Virus record (IMG/VR): IMGVR_UViG_3300015214_000004
Location: 10,839-74,838 of that record
From: a virus
Lineage: Duplodnaviria > Caudoviricetes
Reading direction: 5' to 3' (one strand)
Length of the DNA stretch: 64,000 bases
Made by a program: the position numbers and the translations under genes. This document shows, piece by piece, positions 7,548 to 15,991 of this stretch. Under the pieces are notes generated by a model that saw nothing but the letters and a program-made list of their open reading frames with translations, had not been told where the DNA came from and searched no databases. Numbering within the stretch: the first letter of the stretch is position 1; the number at the start of each line of letters is the position of its first letter.

Positions 7548-7774
7548 AATAATTCCAATTGTTTTGATTTTTGTTTAGAATGATATCTTTTATAAACGCA
7601 AGCTGCAATATATCCCTTGCAGCAGGACAAGAAGTTAAATTCCTTTCGTGGAATGTTCATGCCGGTAACAATAGCAATATATTTATCATTTATAAATACT
7701 ATTGACCCAATTTTAAGGCCTGATTTATTGTCTATCAAGTCTATTCTATTGTTATATTTCTGTTCTGTGTACAT
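7544..7774 (-). CDS. Hypothetical protein
   Basis: 76 aa ORF with a 4-nt overlap. Confidence 0.55.
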   Translation of the reverse strand: MYTEQKYNNRIDLIDNKSGLKIGSIVFINDKYIAIVTGMNIPRKEFNFLSCCKGYIAACVYKRYHSKQKSKQLELL

Positions 7775-7862
7775 AATAAAACAAAAAAAAACAGCCCGGT
7801 TCTACAAAATTATTGAATAACCTAAATAATCGGTTATGTTAATTTATCCGGACTGTATGTTT

Positions 7863-8063
7863 TTAATTTAATTCCATTACCGAATAACTGTCGCTCATCC
7901 TGACTACCTCGTTCTCCAACCATTCAACCATTTTAATGGCTTTTGGAAAACCAGAATCAATTGCATCGGCAACTATTTCAATTTTATTTTCAAGCTGGGA
8001 AAGAAATTCATTGTTCAAAATTGCCAATGCAACTATTTTAAAACGTTTTTCTAATGTTTTCAT
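7863..8063 (-). CDS. Hypothetical protein
   Basis: 66 aa ORF overlapping the upstream gene by 4 nt. Confidence 0.55.
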   Translation of the reverse strand: MKTLEKRFKIVALAILNNEFLSQLENKIEIVADAIDSGFPKAIKMVEWLENEVVRMSDSYSVMELN

Positions 8064-8467
8064 TTTTTATTTTCATTTAATGTTTCAATTTCATTCCTTA
8101 AATAATTTATCTCACGTTGCAAATCGTCAATGGCATCACGTAGGTTTATTTTTTCATTCTGAAAGAAATTTAAATCAGAATAACCAAACACACGGTTAAA
8201 CTTAACAATATCATCTCTTCGTCCGGTTATTACACATTTATTGACATGTGATTTGTCTTCACCTATTATCTTTGCCGGTTCTTTTGAATAATCCATCTCG
8301 TTTTGATATTCCATTATATCAATAGACAATGGTTCATTATCAACAGCTATTGTTATTATGCCGTCATCATAAACAAAAATATTTTCATGTCCAACAACCG
8401 CAATCCTAACACCACATTCATGGTGTGATTTTTTAAATGATAAAATTTCGTATTTCATAACTTTCAA
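8060..8467 (-). CDS. Hypothetical protein with a C-terminal coiled coil
   Basis: 135 aa ORF; heptad-like C-terminus. Confidence 0.6.
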   Translation of the reverse strand: MKVMKYEILSFKKSHHECGVRIAVVGHENIFVYDDGIITIAVDNEPLSIDIMEYQNEMDYSKEPAKIIGEDKSHVNKCVITGRRDDIVKFNRVFGYSDLNFFQNEKINLRDAIDDLQREINYLRNEIETLNENKK

Positions 8468-8545
8468 TTTAATTGGTTAATAGCCCGCTAACCTCAACCG
8501 AATGAGCGTTTAATCTTGTTTCAAATAAAATTAGCGGAGAAAAAA

Positions 8546-8821
8546 TTATTCATAATGCATATGATATAATGCATTATAATGTAATTGTTTTTCTGAATAA
8601 ACAGTAAATCCTTCTTTCTCAAATTCTTTGATAAATTTATTTGCCTGTTTATTAGAGCGAAGGGGGCGAAATGAGTAGTTATTTCCTTTAATAGACTGTT
8701 TGCCTTTAGTTTTTAAATGACTAACAGGTATATATCTATTATACCACCACCCACCTTCTTCTGGACCACCGTACACACGTTCAATAGTGTAAGCTGTTAA
8801 ATAAAATGATTGTGGTTTCAT
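8546..8821 (-). CDS. Phage protein with a YGGPEEGGWWY motif
   Basis: Motif RVYGGPEEGGWWY recognised from small uncharacterised phage proteins. Confidence 0.6.
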   Translation of the reverse strand: MKPQSFYLTAYTIERVYGGPEEGGWWYNRYIPVSHLKTKGKQSIKGNNYSFRPLRSNKQANKFIKEFEKEGFTVYSEKQLHYNALYHMHYE

Positions 8822-9100
8822 AATTATAGTATTAATAAATAATTGTGCATTGCCTCAATCGAATGATAACAACCCATGTTCCAGGTTGAACAATGCATGC
8901 AAATGCGCCATATCCTTTAGCCAGTTTAGCCATTAAATTATTGCTTCTTTCCATTGTCTCTCACAATAAGCGATTAACTTACTCTTTCTGTTCGAGCATA
9001 TTCAGACTTAGTGACATTGCTTGTAATCGCAGCCAGTGACCTCTATACTTTCAGGCTTGTTTCACAGACATTCAAAGAACAATTATATGTAAATCCTCTA

Positions 9101-9132
9101 CAAATGTAAAACCAATAAAATTAATCTCCAAA
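9101..9132 (-). promoter_or_regulatory. Bacteroidota primary-sigma promoter of the leftward operon, followed by a boxA-like motif
   Basis: Minus strand: TTTG (9132-9129), 20 nt spacer, TACATTTG (9108-9101); TGTTCTTTGAA at 9081-9071. Confidence 0.75.
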
Positions 9133-9769
9133 TAATTTTGAAAAAAAATTCAAATAAAATTGAAAATAGTTTTGTAAGCCTTGATAGATAAGCAATACAG
9201 AAAGCATAAAAAAATACAATAATACAATATAAAAGAGAGAAAGGGAGGGAAGAAAGGGAAAGGACCAGGGAAATATAATTAAACAATCAAGGAAAAAGAA
9301 ATTAAGCAAAGAACCCAGGAAAGAAACCAAATATTAAAACCTCGTTGAGTTAATTGTTATAATAAATAACAAATCTTGAAAGAAATAATAACAATTGCTA
9401 TAAACAATAACATTTAAACATACAAAAAACGAACATGCAAAATAAGCCCATTTAAATGCGATTTAAAGAACTTAGACAAAAAACCACACTATCTATCCAA
9501 AATAAACAAGCAAATCAAATACAAGCCAAATAACATATAATCAAGAAAAAGAAAAAAGGAAGAAAAGGGAGGGGGGGGGAGAATAAAAAAATGAAAGGCA
9601 AACTATATTACAAACATAGTTACTAATAAACAAAATTATTTATTAATTTCTAAACGTGTTAATTATCAATATTATAAAAATTGTAACAATTCATATTAGT
9701 TTAGTAGGGATTAAATTAGATTATTTTTGTGTGTCCGTGTTAGAAATTATAGCAAAATATTGCAAGAAA

Positions 9770-10327
9770 TTATTGCAATGTTCCGTTTTTAAGTGATAAC
9801 AGCCTGTAAATAGAAGGTTTAGGAATGTTTAAATTTGTAGCAATGTAGTCTATTGTGTGCCTTTGTTTGCGTAATTTCATCACTTCTTTGATTGTTTTTT
9901 CTGTCCATTTGAAAGGAGGGCCAAGTTTTACACCCCTTGCTTTAGCCGCCTTTAAACCTGCTTTTGTGCGTTCAGATATTAAATTACGTTCAAACTCAGC
10001 AAATGCGGCAAATACTGTAAATATAAGTGTTCCCATTGCTGTTGTTGTATCAATATTATCTGTTACAGATATGAATTGAACGCCTTTATCCCTGAACATA
10101 TTTATAATATTGATCAATTCTATTGTAGAACGTCCTAAACGATCTAATTTATATACCTTTACAATGTCACCGCATTTTACTCTGTTAAGTAGTTTATTAA
10201 GCTCAGGACGATCTTTATGTTTACTACTTATTTTCTCTTGATACACTATATCACAGCCTTTTAAACTGTTCAATTGTAAATCTAAATTTTGCATTTCCGT
10301 AGAAACACGCGCATATCCGTAAATCAT
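9770..10327 (-). CDS. Serine recombinase (resolvase/invertase family) with a C-terminal HTH
   Basis: IYGYARVST (catalytic Ser), Q..L, DRPEL, VYKLDRLGRS, AFAEFERNLISERT..GL.AA..RG...G and HTH. Confidence 0.95.
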   Translation of the reverse strand: MIYGYARVSTEMQNLDLQLNSLKGCDIVYQEKISSKHKDRPELNKLLNRVKCGDIVKVYKLDRLGRSTIELINIINMFRDKGVQFISVTDNIDTTTAMGTLIFTVFAAFAEFERNLISERTKAGLKAAKARGVKLGPPFKWTEKTIKEVMKLRKQRHTIDYIATNLNIPKPSIYRLLSLKNGTLQ

Positions 10328-10351
10328 ATCATTATTTATTTATTGCAAATA

Positions 10352-10418
10352 TATCATAAATTGTTAATATACAACGCTAATACATTAATAATTATACAAT
10401 ATATCTTCATTTATGATA
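10352..10418. repeat. 10 bp inverted repeat upstream of the resolvase (candidate res/operator subsites)
   Basis: TATCATAAAT (10352-10361) and ATTTATGATA (10409-10418). Confidence 0.45.
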
Positions 10419-10708
10419 ATTTGAACCCTGCTATTAATATACTGATCAAGGATGATAAAGCCCTGTAAATGCCAATAAATAAAAGGAAAATTAATAATTG
10501 AAAAGACAGGGGGTGGGGTCGGTAAATCGGGTTTTCCTTTGAGATATAGCCCCCCGAAATAGTAGCATTAAACTCCCTCTTACCCATGTGAGTGTACGAT
10601 ACGTGTGTGTATAAGCTAACATGTTACTGGTAGATAATTACCGTATTTGTAATAATGTGATTGTTATATTAATTAGGTATTGATTATTGTAAAAAAGTAT
10701 AGATAAAG

Positions 10709-10740
10709 TTTGGAAAATAGAAAAAATAGGTTTTAATTTG
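10709..10740 (+). promoter_or_regulatory. Probable rightward Bacteroidota promoter
   Basis: TTTG (10709-10712), 20 nt spacer, TTAATTTG (one mismatch to TAnnTTTG). Confidence 0.5.
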
Positions 10741-10757
10741 TATCAAAAACGAACCAA

Positions 10758-10973
10758 ATGGTAGACAAGGACACCGGTAAGATAAACCGAATGGTTAAAT
10801 TAGTAGAAATTAGGAAGCAACAAAAGCGGACGATATCGGATATTGCTTATGAGATAGGGGTGAACCCGGTAAGTTTATCGAGATATGAGAGGGGGATAAG
10901 GGAGGTTCCTTATAGTGTATATTTGAAGTATGCTGGGGTATTGGGATATGAAGTAAGGGAGATATTAAAATAA
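10758..10973 (+). CDS. XRE-family helix-turn-helix regulator
   Basis: IRKQQKRTISDIAYEIGVNPVSLSRYERG..P pattern. Confidence 0.85.
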   Translation: MVDKDTGKINRMVKLVEIRKQQKRTISDIAYEIGVNPVSLSRYERGIREVPYSVYLKYAGVLGYEVREILK

Positions 10974-10986
10974 TAAATAAACGATT

Positions 10987-11334
10987 ATGAAAACTGATTT
11001 GCAAAATAACCTTATTGAATTGACAAAAAAAGAGATAACAGATTGTGAGAAAAAGTTATATGCCTTAAATCGATTATTATCGTTGTACACAAACGATTAT
11101 TTAAAGGTTGATAATATCGTTAAGCGCTCAAATGCAGGAAGAAAGGCCAAATATGATTTTAGGGGCATGAAAGTTGGGGACAGGATTGTTTTAAGCAACA
11201 GTTACAGCCGGTATGATCATGCGAAATATGGAAATTATGCACGTAATTTTGCAAGAAAAAGCCCTGATTGTAAGCATTATAAATTTAGCACGATAAGGGA
11301 AGGTGATAAAATTATAACAATAAGGATTGCTTAG
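10987..11334 (+). CDS. Hypothetical protein, possibly DNA-binding
   Basis: GRKAKYDFRGMKVGD motif typical of small phage DNA-binding proteins. Confidence 0.45.
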   Translation: MKTDLQNNLIELTKKEITDCEKKLYALNRLLSLYTNDYLKVDNIVKRSNAGRKAKYDFRGMKVGDRIVLSNSYSRYDHAKYGNYARNFARKSPDCKHYKFSTIREGDKIITIRIA

Positions 11335-11454
11335 CGTAATTGAAATAATTAAAAAACAAAATAACATGAATAAAATGGCAATAACAGAGAAGTTAAAACA
11401 GGCTATTACAGAGACGGTAAGGGAGATGTACTTATATCATTAATAAAATAAATT

Positions 11455-12024
11455 ATGGAAAACTGGAAAGTATTGCCATTGTATGAGCCATATGCCACAT
11501 TAGTAGTTCATGGTATTAAAAAAATAGAGACAAGGCCGTCAGCGACATCATGGGTTTATAAAAAAGATATTTATGGGAATGTTGTCAGTGGCAATTACCT
11601 GATATATTCTGCAAAGAAATGGGCAAGCGTACAGGAAAGGATATGTTACAGTGATTATTTTGCTGATGCTTTGCTTAAGTTGGGTATAATTGAGAAAAAA
11701 AGCACAGGATTGAGGTTAAACAAGGGGATGTTTAATTTTGGCAACATAATAGGGGCAGTTAATGTAATTGAATGTAAAAAAATACACATTACTGATGGTC
11801 CGTTAAAATTAAACCCGCATTATTTTAACGGGCTTGACGAAAATAATAAAGTAAGCATTACTTACATCCATGAGCCAGAACTTTCATTTGGAGATTATCG
11901 GGGAGGAAGGTATGCATGGCTGCTGCAAAACGCAAGGATACTTGAAAAACCAATCCCTTACAAAGCACAACAGGGATATTATCAGAATTATCATGGTGAT
12001 GTTTCGCAGTTAATATTTAAATAA
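11455..12024 (+). CDS. ASCH-domain protein
   Basis: L.LYEPYATLVVHGIKKIETR, G.IIG.V, GRYAW.L.N...LE.PIP.K.QQG motifs. Confidence 0.8.
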   Translation: MENWKVLPLYEPYATLVVHGIKKIETRPSATSWVYKKDIYGNVVSGNYLIYSAKKWASVQERICYSDYFADALLKLGIIEKKSTGLRLNKGMFNFGNIIGAVNVIECKKIHITDGPLKLNPHYFNGLDENNKVSITYIHEPELSFGDYRGGRYAWLLQNARILEKPIPYKAQQGYYQNYHGDVSQLIFK

Positions 12025-12026
12025 AA

Positions 12027-12206
12027 ATGGAGGATTACCTTATATTACAAAAAGAAGCTGAATATTATTATAGGCAATACCGTGATGAAATACGTAAAAA
12101 CGGTAGGAACGACATATCTGATGATTGGCATGACAAATACCATTATAGTAAAGTAAAAATGGGTTATATTAAAATTATGAATAATTTAGTATTTGAACTG
12201 TTATGA
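12027..12206 (+). CDS. Hypothetical protein, 59 aa
   Basis: Manual ORF MEDYLILQKEAEYYYRQ... with an ATGA overlap to the next gene. Confidence 0.5.
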   Translation: MEDYLILQKEAEYYYRQYRDEIRKNGRNDISDDWHDKYHYSKVKMGYIKIMNNLVFELL

Positions 12207-12343
12207 AAGAGAAGTCATTTAATGAAAACCTGACAGAACTGCAATGTGAGGATTGTGGTAGGTGGATATGGGAGAACGACCCGTATTATTTAATTGACGG
12301 TGATAAAATAGTATGCACTAATTGTGCGATGGATTATAAATAG
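12203..12343 (+). CDS. Small zinc-finger protein, 46 aa
   Basis: Manual ORF containing CEDC...CTNC. Confidence 0.6.
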   Translation: MKEKSFNENLTELQCEDCGRWIWENDPYYLIDGDKIVCTNCAMDYK

Positions 12344-12393
12344 AATCAATCAATTGATCTTATATTTAGAAAACAATTAAAATAAAGAAAATT

Positions 12394-12948
12394 ATGTGGA
12401 AATATGTTGTAACGTGGTGTATTGCATACACATCAATAACAAGCCCCCCTCCTTCTTATGACCAATGGGGCAGAATGTTAAACAATAATAGTTTAGTTTT
12501 GAATACTGAAATAAATTATGATTGTAATAATAAGAAAGCATTTTATGATCATGATAGTGCGTATTTATTTTATCAAGAAACATTAAATGAAATTGATCGT
12601 AATCCTGGATTTCCGAATTTGTTTATTTACTCAGATTATGATGGAATAATAAGTAGTTGTAAAATTGATAGTGAATATGTAGACACGTCACTATATGGTG
12701 TGTTAATGGGAAACGATTCATTGTTTCTATCTATATTATGGGACACATTATCTTTCTATTCATTACGCATCGATATACAACCGGACACATTAAAAGCAGA
12801 AATATTGATATCATGCAAGCCTGTTGTTTGTGTTATAGACGGGTACATTATTGATGGATGGGACGGATATGTGTTTTATGACGAAAACTGGAATGAAATA
12901 GAGGAATATAAAATTTGGGATTATAAAATAAATTATGAGGTCAAATGA
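12394..12948 (+). CDS. Hypothetical protein
   Basis: 184 aa ORF with a hydrophobic N-terminus. Confidence 0.55.
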   Translation: MWKYVVTWCIAYTSITSPPPSYDQWGRMLNNNSLVLNTEINYDCNNKKAFYDHDSAYLFYQETLNEIDRNPGFPNLFIYSDYDGIISSCKIDSEYVDTSLYGVLMGNDSLFLSILWDTLSFYSLRIDIQPDTLKAEILISCKPVVCVIDGYIIDGWDGYVFYDENWNEIEEYKIWDYKINYEVK

Positions 12949-13312
12949 CTGGTATAATAAACATCGTTGGAGGTTAAAGCATGGATATGCTGAAACGGAT
13001 AATTATTTAATAGCTGAATTAATTGACACGCAATGGAGTGAAAGGTTTGAACATCTGATGAGAAACAGGCTTGTAATGGGCGCACTTAGATACAGTCGTT
13101 TGTTGGGCAGTAATGAACCGAACAGGACAGGCTTAAAGTGGGTAGAATCTGCTATTAAAAGGCTAAACAACTACATGATAAGCGGTAACACAGAAAACCT
13201 TGTAGATGCAGCAAACCTATGCCTTTTAGAATTTGAAAAAGGAATACACTATAAAAAACATTTCTTGAGCATAGACGATGGAGATCATGTTGAAGTTGTA
13301 CAAATAATGTAG
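12935..13312 (+). CDS. Hypothetical protein, possibly an all-alpha nucleotide pyrophosphohydrolase-like fold
   Basis: RL..GA.RY and GN.E.LVDAAN...LE motifs; assignment uncertain. Confidence 0.35.
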   Translation: MRSNDWYNKHRWRLKHGYAETDNYLIAELIDTQWSERFEHLMRNRLVMGALRYSRLLGSNEPNRTGLKWVESAIKRLNNYMISGNTENLVDAANLCLLEFEKGIHYKKHFLSIDDGDHVEVVQIM

Positions 13313-13331
13313 TTCAATAAATATTATTTAT

Positions 13332-13883
13332 ATGATAGACATTTCACAAAAATTAATCGAGACAACTATTAAAAATAGCTATTTTGAAAAGAAAAGGGAC
13401 TATGTTTCAATGTCAAACGCATCCCTTTCAGTTGATGAACTGATAAGCCAATATTTTAATGGATTTGAATATTCTGAAAATATAGCTTTAAAATGTTATA
13501 AAGGTTATCAAATGGAATCAGACCTAAGGACCAGGATAATGTCATGTTTCCATGAAGAATGCCTGTTGGGATATGAACTTAAGGCATTTGACGGGATTGT
13601 CAAGGGCCATCCAGATTTATGGATATTCAATATGCCAGGTGACATAAAAAGTGTCCTTATGGATGAATGGATGCCGAAAAACGGTAAATTGCCCAAAAAA
13701 GTATACTGGCAGATGCAAGCATACATGCTTTTTTCTAATAGGAATCAATCAGTTGTTGTTTATGAATCAAGGGAAACTGGTTTGATAAATCATTTTTATC
13801 TGCGTGAGAACAAAATCGTACAGAAGGAAATATATGATAAATTTGAAACAGTAGTAAAAACAATAAAAAACAATAACCAATGA
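13332..13883 (+). CDS. Cas4-like PD-(D/E)XK exonuclease
   Basis: GHPD....GDIKS and YWQMQAYM motifs. Confidence 0.75.
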   Translation: MIDISQKLIETTIKNSYFEKKRDYVSMSNASLSVDELISQYFNGFEYSENIALKCYKGYQMESDLRTRIMSCFHEECLLGYELKAFDGIVKGHPDLWIFNMPGDIKSVLMDEWMPKNGKLPKKVYWQMQAYMLFSNRNQSVVVYESRETGLINHFYLRENKIVQKEIYDKFETVVKTIKNNNQ

Positions 13884-14326
13884 ACAAAGCAATTTTAGTA
13901 GGAAGGGTAGGTACAGACCCGGATGTTAGATACCTGCAAAACGACAACATGGTGGCCAATTTTTCGCTTGCCACATCAGAAACGAAAAAAGACGCATCAG
14001 GGACAAAGTATCAGGAAACCGACTGGCATAAAATTGTCTTATGGAAACATCTGGCAAAACTGGCAGAGCAGTTTGTCCATAAAGGTGATTTGATAAGCAT
14101 AACCGGAATGATCAAATACAGGTCATATGAAGGAAAAGACGGTATAAAAAAATACACGACAGAGATAGTGGCCAACGAACTGGAATTCCTTGGGAAGTCA
14201 AAAGAAAATGGAGGTTCAAAAGAGACAAAACCACAGATATCGCCTGAGAACGAATATGCCTCCGGGTATAACACTGGTAAAAAAGATGATTATATTGATG
14301 ATGGAGATGATCTACCTTTTAATTAA
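13880..14326 (+). CDS. ssb: Single-stranded DNA-binding protein
   Basis: MNKAILVGRVG.DP, VANFSLATSE, ETDWH, KGD.I.I.G.I..R.Y and acidic tail DDLPF. Confidence 0.95.
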   Translation: MNKAILVGRVGTDPDVRYLQNDNMVANFSLATSETKKDASGTKYQETDWHKIVLWKHLAKLAEQFVHKGDLISITGMIKYRSYEGKDGIKKYTTEIVANELEFLGKSKENGGSKETKPQISPENEYASGYNTGKKDDYIDDGDDLPFN

Positions 14327-14407
14327 GGGTTTAGCGTAATCCCGTAAAAACAAAACGCTACCATTTTAAATTACCGTTTTAAATTGTTTTATTTGCAATA
14401 AAAAATC

Positions 14408-14926
14408 ATGAAGATATGTTTTAAATGCAATGAGTTAAAGCCGTTATCTGAATATTATGTTCATAAACAAATGAGTGATGGCCATTTGAATAAATGTAAA
14501 GAATGTACTAAAAAAGATGCTGATAAGAGAGAGAAGGAGTTAAGAAAAAATCCAGAATGGGTTAAATGTGAAAAAACAAGGTCAAGAGAAAAGTATCATC
14601 GTTTAAATTACAAAGAAAAACATAAACCAAATAAGGCATATAAAAGACAGGTTATAGATTGTTACAAAAATAAATATCCAGAAAAATATAAAGCACATAT
14701 AAAAAGCCAAAGGATTAAAACCCCAGATGGAAAAGAAAAACATCATTGGTCTTATAATGATAATCACTTGACTGATATAATTTATTTAACCAACATTGAG
14801 CATAATAAAGCTCATAGGTATATGATATATGACCAAGAACGAAAAATGTATAGAAAATTAGATGGTGTTTTGTTAGACACAAAAGAAAAACATATTTATT
14901 ATATAAATAATTTACCAGATGATTAA
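14408..14926 (+). CDS. HNH homing endonuclease with an N-terminal zinc finger
   Basis: KICFKC.ELKPL.EYY...DG.LNKCKEC and HHWSY....L...EHNK.H. Confidence 0.7.
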   Translation: MKICFKCNELKPLSEYYVHKQMSDGHLNKCKECTKKDADKREKELRKNPEWVKCEKTRSREKYHRLNYKEKHKPNKAYKRQVIDCYKNKYPEKYKAHIKSQRIKTPDGKEKHHWSYNDNHLTDIIYLTNIEHNKAHRYMIYDQERKMYRKLDGVLLDTKEKHIYYINNLPDD

Positions 14927-14968
14927 ATAGTTTATTAACAACTTTATTAACAAATTAAATTAAAATTT

Positions 14969-15403
14969 ATGAAACGTGAACAAATCACAATCTTAGGATG
15001 CAAAGTAGGAAAAAGCATAAGCATGACTTACTTCCACATTGCAGAAAGCAAAAACTACACAGTAGAAAACGATGAAACGCCACACCCGGATTTAATGAAA
15101 GCGCTACATGCGTTTAACGTTGACCTGGCCGAATCGTTCCATGTGTCCGGTAACGATGTTGACAATTATAAAGCCACTGGTTTTATAATACATGAAAAGA
15201 AAGGAAATTTCTATGTTACAATAACTGGAAAAGTTGTCACTGCGCACGAAGCGACTGTTGGCATATCGTCTGGACAGATACCGTACAATGCCAATGGGGA
15301 CATTATGAACAATGAAATGGAAGAAAAGCTGCTTGATATGAGGGAAGCCTTGTTCCAATACATGTTTGAAGGTGTTGGTGCGCAACAAAAAATTCCTTTC
15401 TAA
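14969..15403 (+). CDS. Hypothetical protein
   Basis: 144 aa ORF. Confidence 0.6.
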   Translation: MKREQITILGCKVGKSISMTYFHIAESKNYTVENDETPHPDLMKALHAFNVDLAESFHVSGNDVDNYKATGFIIHEKKGNFYVTITGKVVTAHEATVGISSGQIPYNANGDIMNNEMEEKLLDMREALFQYMFEGVGAQQKIPF

Positions 15404-15467
15404 GAAGAAAAAAAAGAAAAAACTAAAAAATAACTTGACTTATATGTAACAATTATCGTAAATTTAC

Positions 15468-15583
15468 GTTGTTATATGTATGGATTTTTTTTCATGGTTT
15501 AGTTAGTAGCAGGTTTTTTAAAGTTATCAGTATTTAATTAAGGGTCTGGGGCGGTAACAAAATTACCGCCCCCTTCTTTTTTG
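15468..15583 (+). ncRNA. Candidate small RNA 1
   Basis: Near-consensus promoter (CTTG-N21-TAAATTTA, 15434-15466), no useful ORF, strong terminator GGGGCGGTAA/TTACCGCCCC plus T run. Confidence 0.4.
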
Positions 15584-15595
15584 CAAAAAATTGAT

Positions 15596-15603
15596 TATAT
15601 TTG
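15596..15603 (+). promoter_or_regulatory. -7 element for the permuted tmRNA precursor
   Basis: TATATTTG immediately upstream of the first paired segment; no canonical -33 at the normal spacing. Confidence 0.55.
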
Positions 15604-15606
15604 AAT

Positions 15607-15945
15607 TATAATGTTCGTTGATATTAAATAGAAAGTATGTTTGGACGAGGGTTCGATTCCCTCCGGCTCCACCATGCCATTTAAGATGATGCTGGGTAGC
15701 GCCCAGATGATTTTAGGAGATTTCGGGGAAGCCTAAAAGAGAACAACAAAAATAGACGAGGGGGCAAAAAAATGCGTTTTACCTCATCTGCCCGTCCAGG
15801 GGCCGACATGGTTTTGACAGCGTATAAGTATGTTTGAAGTAGAACATTATAGCCTATAAACGGCAAAACAATTGAAATGTTTAACCAACAGCTTAGAGCA
15901 GTGGGTTAACAAGTCCTCCGGGGAACTAAATCCCCGGTTTTTTTG
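15607..15945 (+). ncRNA. ssrA: Circularly permuted two-piece tmRNA (acceptor piece 15607-15674, intervening segment 15675-15798, coding piece from 15799)
   Basis: T arm GAGGG-TTCGATT-CCCTC then CGGCTCC-A-CCA precedes GGGGCCG-ACATGGTTTTGAC; acceptor stem with G3:U70; TATAATGTTC/GAACATTATA 10 bp helix; tag ORF 15862-15909 after ATAAAC; terminator hairpin. Confidence 0.9.
15917..15945 (+). terminator. Terminator of the tmRNA precursor
   Basis: CCGGGGA-ACTAAA-TCCCCGG followed by a T run. Confidence 0.8.
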
Positions 15946-15991
15946 TATATGCCCATTGTTGCATATTTCAAATTATCTGTTTATATTTGCG

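Noticed and set aside
9098-9330. Two hydrophobic minus-strand ORFs
   Set aside because: Products of low-complexity T-rich sequence overlapping the promoter.
9770-10327. Invertase-driven tail-fibre switching
   Set aside because: The recombinase is more than 40 kb from the fibre genes, and I found no inverted crossover sites or inverted fibre segments there.
13332-13883. CRISPR adaptation gene cas4
   Set aside because: Solo Cas4-like nucleases beside ssb are common phage recombination enzymes; no cas1/cas2 or array is present.
15681-15866. 61 aa minus-strand ORF from the ORF track
   Set aside because: Lies antisense to the tmRNA and has no protein-like features.
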